Notes under the pieces: model-generated
The model's database searches: none
What the model saw: only the letters and a program-made list of their open reading frames with translations
Told to the model about the DNA's origin: nothing
Program-made: the position numbers and the translations under genes
DNA from: Alphaproteobacteria bacterium
GTDB taxonomy: Bacteria; Pseudomonadota; Alphaproteobacteria; Micropepsales; Micropepsaceae
NCBI GenBank assembly: GCA_016124385.1
Contig: WGNU01000003.1
Coordinates: forward strand, 27,731 to 91,730
DNA: 64,000 nucleotides
Reading direction: 5' to 3'
Shown: positions 56,535 through 64,000 of the stretch, in pieces
Layout: each line of letters opens with the position of its first letter
Numbering within the stretch: the stretch's first letter is position 1

Positions 56535-57023
56535 TTACGCGAGCAAGCTGCGCAGCATCCACGCCGTCTTTTCGTGCGCCTGCATCCGCGTTGTGAGGAG
56601 ATCCATCGTCGGCTGATCGCCCGCCTTCTCCGCTGCCGGGAACGCCTCGCGGCACGTCCGCGCGACGGTCTCATGGCCCTTAAGCAGCTGACGGAGCATC
56701 TTCGTTGCCTCCGGCACGTCCTCTTCGTCCTTGATCTGCGTGAGGACGGCGAAGGCCTTGTAGTTGCCCGGTGCGAAATGCCCGAGCGAGCGGATGCGCT
56801 CGGCGATCTCATCGACCGAGGTCCAAAGCTCCGTGTACTGAGTCATGAACAGCTCGTGGAGCGATTTGAACATCGGCCCCGTCACGTTCCAGTGGAAGCT
56901 GTGCGTCTTCAGATAGAGCGTGTAGGTGTCCGCCAGCACGCGGGCGAGCCCGTCGACGATCGCCTTGCGATCCGCCGCCGTGATCCCGATTTCGATACTC
57001 TCTGCCTTTGCCTTGCGCGCCAT
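56535..57023 (-). CDS. dps: DNA starvation/stationary phase protection protein Dps
   Basis: VLADTYTLYLKTHSFHWNVTGPMFKSLHELF..QY......VDEIAERIR.LG gives the ferroxidase-site pattern of Dps. Confidence 0.94.
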   Translation of the reverse strand: MARKAKAESIEIGITAADRKAIVDGLARVLADTYTLYLKTHSFHWNVTGPMFKSLHELFMTQYTELWTSVDEIAERIRSLGHFAPGNYKAFAVLTQIKDEEDVPEATKMLRQLLKGHETVARTCREAFPAAEKAGDQPTMDLLTTRMQAHEKTAWMLRSLLA

Positions 57024-57040
57024 AAGTCACCTGCCTTTCT

Positions 57041-57059
57041 GATTAGAATTATTCTAATC
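57041..57059. promoter_or_regulatory. perfect 9-1-9 palindrome matching the Irr iron control element (ICE) consensus
   Basis: GATTAGAAT-T-ATTCTAATC contains TTAGAA-N3-TTCTAA. Lies 18-36 nt upstream of the dps start, in a locally AT-rich spacer. Confidence 0.5.
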
Positions 57060-57152
57060 AATGATGGGGCGGAGTTCAACCCTGCCCCCCCGGGCTCTCC
57101 GCCGCAGCGGAGCATGCCAGAGGTTGTTAACGAAGTGATGAGGCAGACCCGG

Positions 57153-59198
57153 CTAGGCCGCGCGCGCGGTCGCGAGCACATGGTCTGCCAGTTTTCCTGT
57201 CAGTTCGGCCATGTGATCGAAATGCGCGACATACGTTCCGGTTCCCTGGGTCGCGGAGCGCAGATCGACGATGAGATCGTGCAGTTCCGCGGCCGGCAGA
57301 TGCGCCGAGACCGTGTCCCACCCGGGCCACTCCGCGCGCGCATCGAAACCGAGGATCTGCCCGCGCCGGCTGGAGACCATCGCGTTCACGCGCGCCGTCG
57401 CATCCGACGGTACATGGATCGAAACCGCCATGATCGGCTCGAGGAGGACAGGAACCGCCGCCGGCAATCCCTCGCTCATCGCGATCCGCCCCGCCGTCTG
57501 AAATGCGCCGTCGGAGGAATCGACGGAGTGATAGGAGCCGTCCGTCAGCGTGACCGAAAGGTCGACCACCGGAAAGCCGAGCGGCCCGTGCGAGAGCGCA
57601 TCGCGCACGCCCTTCTCCACGGAGGGAATCCATTGCTTGGGCACCACCCCGCCCGTGATCCGATCCGAAAAGACGAACCCGCTGCCGCGCGGCAAAGGCT
57701 TGATCTCGACGACGACGTCGCCGAACTGCCCGTGCCCGCCAGTCTGCCGCTTGTGCCGGCCGCGCTGCGTGACGGTCTTGCGGATCGTTTCCTGATAGGG
57801 CACGCGCGGCACGCTGGTCTCGACCGTGAGCCCGTATTTGGATTGGAGCCGCTCGACCGCGACGCGCAAATGGATCTCGCCCTGGCCGAGCAACACCATC
57901 TCATGCGTCTCGGGATTATGCGTGAGGTCGAGCGAGGGATCCTCCTCGCGCAATTTGGCGATCGCGCCGGTGAGCTTCACCTCGTCCTTGCGGTCCTTCG
58001 CGAGAATGGCGAGGCCGAAGACCGGCGGCACCGCCGCGCGCGGGGCAAGCTTAGAAAGGCCCACACGCTCTGTCGTCAGCGCTTCGCCCGTCTCCACTGG
58101 GTCGAGCCGGCCGAGCGCGACGATCTCGCCAATGCCCGCTTCCGTGATCTTGCTCGTCTTGGCGCCCATCAGCGTGAAGAGCCCGCCGACCCGAACGCTC
58201 GAGCCGTCGCTCCGCGTCAGCGTCGCGCCGTCCTTGATGCTTCCGGCGAGCACGCGCGCGAGCGAGAGCTTGCCGCCCGTGCCGTAGAGCGTCTTGAACA
58301 CGTGAAGGGCGCTCGGCGCATCGGCCGCAAGGCCAAGTCGCGCGGCGGTCTCCGCAACGCTCGGCGCCTCGTGCCGCAACGCCTTGAGGAGGCGCCGCAC
58401 GCCGTTGTCGCCTTCCGCAGAGCCAAGCAGCACCGGCACGATGTGACCCTCGCGCAATTCGCGCGTGAGATCCGCGAACACTTCATCGCGCGGCGGCTCG
58501 ACGTCCGAGAGCAATTCTTCCATCAGATGATCGTCGAAATCGGCGAGACGCTCGAGCATCTGAAACCGCGCTTCGCGTTCGCGCTCGGCGAGCGTTCCCG
58601 GGATGTCCGTTACGCTCGCTTCGGCATGTGGCTGCCAGTGATAGCCGCGCTCGAGCGCCAGATCGACAACGCCGGTAACGGCGCCGTCCGTCCAGATCGG
58701 GATCTGCCGCAGCACCAGCGGCTTTGGGCTCACGGCCTGGAGTGCGGTCAAGAGATCGCGCACGCGCCCCTGCGCCTTGTCGAGTTTGTTGATGAAGATG
58801 AGATGGGGGATCGAGAGATCGCCCAGCAGCTTGAGGATCGGCTGCAGCATCGCGGCCTTCGCCCCGTCCGGTTCCGCGACGACGACGGCCATGTCGACGA
58901 CCGGCAGCGCGTTCAGCGCCTCTTGCTGAAACTCGACCGAGCCAGGGCAATCGATGATCGTGAAACGGTCGCCGAGATACTCGATCGACGCGACGTTCGG
59001 CTCGACCGACATCTGATGCGCACGCGCCTCGGCGGAGGAATCGCCCAGCGTGTTGCCTTGCGCGACCGCGCCCTTGCGCGAGATCGCGCCCGTCGCGGCG
59101 AGCAGGCTCTCAAGCAGCAGCGTCTTGCCACTGGCATAGGGTCCAACCAGGGCCACGATGCGTGGCCCCTGCCCTCCTTCGGAGTGTCGGGTTGACAT
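57153..59198 (-). CDS. elongation factor G paralog (EF-G-like translational GTPase)
   Basis: From ATG 59198: G1 GPYASGKT, G3 DCPGSVEF, G4 NKLD, followed by EF-G domains II-V (...HSVDSS...). 681 aa. Confidence 0.88.
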   Translation of the reverse strand: MSTRHSEGGQGPRIVALVGPYASGKTLLLESLLAATGAISRKGAVAQGNTLGDSSAEARAHQMSVEPNVASIEYLGDRFTIIDCPGSVEFQQEALNALPVVDMAVVVAEPDGAKAAMLQPILKLLGDLSIPHLIFINKLDKAQGRVRDLLTALQAVSPKPLVLRQIPIWTDGAVTGVVDLALERGYHWQPHAEASVTDIPGTLAEREREARFQMLERLADFDDHLMEELLSDVEPPRDEVFADLTRELREGHIVPVLLGSAEGDNGVRRLLKALRHEAPSVAETAARLGLAADAPSALHVFKTLYGTGGKLSLARVLAGSIKDGATLTRSDGSSVRVGGLFTLMGAKTSKITEAGIGEIVALGRLDPVETGEALTTERVGLSKLAPRAAVPPVFGLAILAKDRKDEVKLTGAIAKLREEDPSLDLTHNPETHEMVLLGQGEIHLRVAVERLQSKYGLTVETSVPRVPYQETIRKTVTQRGRHKRQTGGHGQFGDVVVEIKPLPRGSGFVFSDRITGGVVPKQWIPSVEKGVRDALSHGPLGFPVVDLSVTLTDGSYHSVDSSDGAFQTAGRIAMSEGLPAAVPVLLEPIMAVSIHVPSDATARVNAMVSSRRGQILGFDARAEWPGWDTVSAHLPAAELHDLIVDLRSATQGTGTYVAHFDHMAELTGKLADHVLATARAA

Positions 59199-59377
59199 GA
59201 AGTGCGCCTCCCTTGGCGAGGGAAGGGGCGCGGCGGGCGCGGGGATCCCGGAAACGGGCCGCGTCACGCGTCCCTTTGCTTGTGGGAGAAATCGTCGCGC
59301 CACAGCGGGCGGCTGGCAAGGGCGCTTCGTCGCTGCGGCGCAAAAATTGCGCGTCGATGGCGAACACGCGGAAAACC

Positions 59378-60289
59378 CTAACGCAGGCCTTGCTGCAATC
59401 GCTCGCGCACGAACCGGTGGCCCGGATCCATCGTGCGCGAAGGATCGAACGCGACGAACACGTCGAAATCTGCGAGCGCGACGGGCGGAACCGCAACGCG
59501 CGCGCGCGGCCGGGCGAGCGCGACGAAGCGTGACGGCAGCGTCACCAGCATCCGCTCGCGCTGCGCAATCTCGAATGCGAGCGAGGCTGAAGCGACGCGC
59601 AGCGCGATCCGCCGCGCCGCACCGTCGCGCGCGAGCGCCTCATCGAGCGCGCTCGCTCCCCCGCCGCTTGGCGAATAGACAACATGGGACTCGCGCAAGA
59701 ACGCCGCGCGCGACAGCTTGGCGATCCCCGGAGGCAGTACGGTGACGAAGCGGTCGCGAAAGAGCGCGCGCCGCACGAAGCGGTCGACCGGGGCCCCTTG
59801 CGGCAGCGAGGCGAGAGCCAGTGCCGGCATGAAGGCGAGATCGATCGCCCCGCTCGCGAGGGCTTGGAGCCCTTCCGGCGCGGGCGCGAGCAGATCGAGC
59901 GCAAGCCCCGGCGCCCCCGCGACCACATGCCGGCGCCACGCCGCGGCGACGAGCGGCGCCAGCCAGTCGGACGCGAGAATCCGGAAGCGGCGCTGCGAGG
60001 TCGCGGCATCGAACTGGGGTCCAGCGACCGCGATATCGCGCAGGCCCGCAAGCGCGCGGTCGAGCGGCTCAGCGAAGGCGATGGCCCGGGGCGTCGCGGC
60101 GAACCGCCCGCGGGTGCGCACGAACAGCGGATCGTTGAAATGCTGCCGCAATCGTCCGAGCGCGCGGCTCACCGCCGGCTGCGTCTGGCCCAGGCGCAGG
60201 GCGGCCGCCGTGACGCCGCCTTCCTTCAAAAGCGCGTCCAGCACCACGAGAAGATTGGTGTCGAGCTTCGCGAGGGGATCGATTGCCAT
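59378..60289 (-). CDS. LysR family transcriptional regulator
   Basis: LDTNLLVVLDALLKEGGVTAAALRLGQTQPAVSRALGRLR HTH plus a LysR substrate-binding domain. A GTG at 60307 is an alternative start. Divergent from the MBL hydrolase gene. Confidence 0.88.
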   Translation of the reverse strand: MAIDPLAKLDTNLLVVLDALLKEGGVTAAALRLGQTQPAVSRALGRLRQHFNDPLFVRTRGRFAATPRAIAFAEPLDRALAGLRDIAVAGPQFDAATSQRRFRILASDWLAPLVAAAWRRHVVAGAPGLALDLLAPAPEGLQALASGAIDLAFMPALALASLPQGAPVDRFVRRALFRDRFVTVLPPGIAKLSRAAFLRESHVVYSPSGGGASALDEALARDGAARRIALRVASASLAFEIAQRERMLVTLPSRFVALARPRARVAVPPVALADFDVFVAFDPSRTMDPGHRFVRERLQQGLR

Positions 60290-60385
60290 ATCAAAAATGC
60301 ATTCCACTCATTCACATTATGCGTCTTGCGACATGTCATGCGCGCCCGCGAAATGCAACCTCACTCATCAGGAAGGAGCCGTGCC

Positions 60386-61378
60386 ATGATCTTGCGGTAT
60401 ACAATGCTCTCGGCCATGGGGCTGGCGGCGATCGCGGGGCTCGCGATCGCGCTCTCGAGCGAAAGCGGCCCGGTGTCGGTTGCCCCTGTGGCCGCCGAAG
60501 CGCCCGCCGCGCCCGATGAATCCTGGGCGGAAACGCTCGCCCGCGCGCCACGCCTCACGGTCACGGCCTTCGTCACCGGTTGGGTCGAGGCGGGTCCCGA
60601 AATTCTTCTCGATCCACGCGACCCCCGTTTTCCCGAGAGCGAGCGTCATCGCCGCTGGGTTCCCTCGATCGCCTATCTGGTCGAGCATGAGGGCGAGAAG
60701 CCGGTCGTCCTCGACACCGGCGTGCGCAGTGGCGACTGCGCCTACGGCACGCCGCCGCTCTATTGGGTGCCGTGCCGCGCGACGCCAGGCGGAGACCTCA
60801 CTGCCCGCCTGCGCGAGCGCGGCCTCGAGGCAAGCGATCTCAAGCTGGTCGTCGTTTCGCATTTTCACGGCGACCACGTGAGCGGCCTCGATCCGCTGCA
60901 GGAGAAGACGTCCGTTCCCGTACTGACGACGCGCGCGGAAGCGATTGCACTGCAAAGCTGGTGGCGCATGCTGTCGGGCTATGAAGATGAGTTGATGCGC
61001 CGCCCGCTCAATCTGCGCACGATCGACGGCGGCTTCGTCTCCCGTCCGGCGGCGATCAGGGCCTTTGACCTCTATGGCGACGGCTCACTCTGGCTGATCG
61101 CGACGCCGGGGCACTCCGCGGGTCACATCTCCGCGCTCGTGAATGCCGCACCCGCCCCGCTTCTCCTCACCTTCGATGCGGCGCATCTGAAATACGGATT
61201 CGATCACCGCATCCCGCCCGGGGCCTTCGTCGACCGTGAGAAGGCCCTCGCCTCGCTGGACGCGCTCTACAGGCTCCGTGATGCGATCCCTGGCGTGCGC
61301 GTGATCTATGGTCACGAACCGAGCCAATGGCAGGAGGAAAGCCCGGTCGTCTCCTTGTCGGGCGCGGGCGCGGGCTAG
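60386..61378 (+). CDS. secreted MBL-fold metallo-hydrolase (lactonase-like)
   Basis: GGAAGGAG SD before ATG 60386. Signal/TM segment. SHFHGDH (HxHxDH), TPGHSAGH and a later His. The track extension from 59684 is rejected. Confidence 0.82.
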   Translation: MILRYTMLSAMGLAAIAGLAIALSSESGPVSVAPVAAEAPAAPDESWAETLARAPRLTVTAFVTGWVEAGPEILLDPRDPRFPESERHRRWVPSIAYLVEHEGEKPVVLDTGVRSGDCAYGTPPLYWVPCRATPGGDLTARLRERGLEASDLKLVVVSHFHGDHVSGLDPLQEKTSVPVLTTRAEAIALQSWWRMLSGYEDELMRRPLNLRTIDGGFVSRPAAIRAFDLYGDGSLWLIATPGHSAGHISALVNAAPAPLLLTFDAAHLKYGFDHRIPPGAFVDREKALASLDALYRLRDAIPGVRVIYGHEPSQWQEESPVVSLSGAGAG

Positions 61379-61848
61379 GGCGTCGGGCTCGCCTGGCCTT
61401 CGGGCGACGGCGGCGGCGTCCCTTCGGCAGGCGCCGGCGCAAGCTCGGGGATCGCCTCGGGTGCGGAAACTTCCGGCACCGGCGCCGCAGGCAAGACCGG
61501 CAGGGACGTCTGGCAATCGGTGAGGATGAGACCCCCGCCGGCCTTCAGCATGCCAAGGCTGCCCTTCGACCAGAAGATCGCGTTGCCGTCCGTATACTGA
61601 ATGCCCGTCGTCGTACGCTCACGGCTCAGAGTAAACTCGCGCCCATCGAGCTTCACCAGCGCGGTTTCGCCGTCCTGGCTCATCGACGCGACGAACGAGC
61701 GCCCTTGCGAACAGGTGAAGGTGAGAACGGAGCCCGGCGGCGGCAGCCCGTCATCGACCGCGACCTCCTCGCTCGCGCACGCGCTCAGGAGGAGCACGAG
61801 CATCGCGCTCGCACCGAATTGCCGCTGCCGCATCGTCGATATCCTCAA
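61375..61848 (-). CDS. MliC-like lipoprotein (putative C-type lysozyme inhibitor) with Pro-rich C-terminal tail
   Basis: Lipobox LLLSAC, then TFTC..G......M......A.V.LDGREF.L......SG.QYTDG...FWSKG....L......L.DC. The tail is PAAPVPEVSAPEAIPELAPAPAEGTPPPSP. Confidence 0.65.
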   Translation of the reverse strand: MRISTMRQRQFGASAMLVLLLSACASEEVAVDDGLPPPGSVLTFTCSQGRSFVASMSQDGETALVKLDGREFTLSRERTTTGIQYTDGNAIFWSKGSLGMLKAGGGLILTDCQTSLPVLPAAPVPEVSAPEAIPELAPAPAEGTPPPSPEGQASPTP

Positions 61849-61852
61849 GCGT

Positions 61853-63684
<1,832 letters not shown>

Positions 63685-63748
63685 CGAACAGGTAAGTATT
63701 CTTGCCGTATTATGACCCGCCAAGCGATCGAAGTGAGGCGCTGGCGCC

Positions 63749-64000
63749 ATGCGGTCACTGGGACGGCTGATCACGGCAATGCTGCTTCCGGCGCTCCTCG
63801 CGGCCTGCGGGGAGACGGCGGTCCCGCCCGGTCGCTGGCAAGGGACGCTCTTCGACGGCAAGTGGATGGTGGCTGTCCGCCTGGAGGCGCGGCCCGACAA
63901 TGTGGTGCGGATGAGCGCGCCCAATCTTCGTTCGGACTATGCGCGCATGTCGCTGGGCGAGCGGATCGCCGCGTTCCATCGCGTCGCGGCCGAGCTCGAT
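63749..64000 (+). CDS. putative lipoprotein, N-terminal fragment (runs off the window end)
   Basis: My translation from ATG 63749: MRSLGRLITAMLLPALLAACGETAVPPGRWQGTLFDGKW..., with lipobox LLAAC. The frame stays open to 64000. Confidence 0.5.
   Translation, partial: MRSLGRLITAMLLPALLAACGETAVPPGRWQGTLFDGKWMVAVRLEARPDNVVRMSAPNLRSDYARMSLGERIAAFHRVAAELD

Overview
High-GC alphaproteobacterial chromosome segment, Rhizobiales/Hyphomicrobiales-like by gene order and repeat types (inference). Most of it is housekeeping. On the minus strand lies the 5' half of the dcw cluster (mraZ-rsmH-ftsL-ftsI-murE-murF-mraY), followed by RNase P RNA. Next is a five-gene methionine/folate operon whose genes all overlap by ATGA: sahR-like regulator, metF, a stand-alone homocysteine-binding MetH module, an unassigned SAM methyltransferase, and the remaining MetH modules. 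Other core genes are fused 5-oxoprolinase, mlaA/mlaC, ettA, a soluble triple-PAS chemoreceptor next to an FNR-type regulator, rpoD-dnaG, carA/carB, greA, trxB, msrP, dps, an EF-G paralog and an aspartate aminotransferase. Two small, visibly AT-richer inserts stand out. (1) A ~1.36 kb cassette at 24226-25592 sits between convergent core genes; it encodes a BglII-fold endonuclease and an MT-A70 (DPPW) adenine methyltransferase. (2) A ~1.1 kb integrase-less islet at 31258-32386 is flanked by an 18-bp direct repeat of the 3' end of a tRNA(CAU) gene and carries one 284-aa orphan ORF. Smaller items include a 24-aa hydrophobic peptide gene with its own SD and terminator, a ParDE pair, candidate operators (MraZ boxes, SahR palindrome, FNR box, Irr/ICE box) and dispersed hairpin repeats. 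No CRISPR array, rRNA, transposase or integrase was seen. All assignments come from reading the translations and sequence by eye; no database search was run. Many long ORFs in the six-frame track are antisense artefacts of the high GC content.
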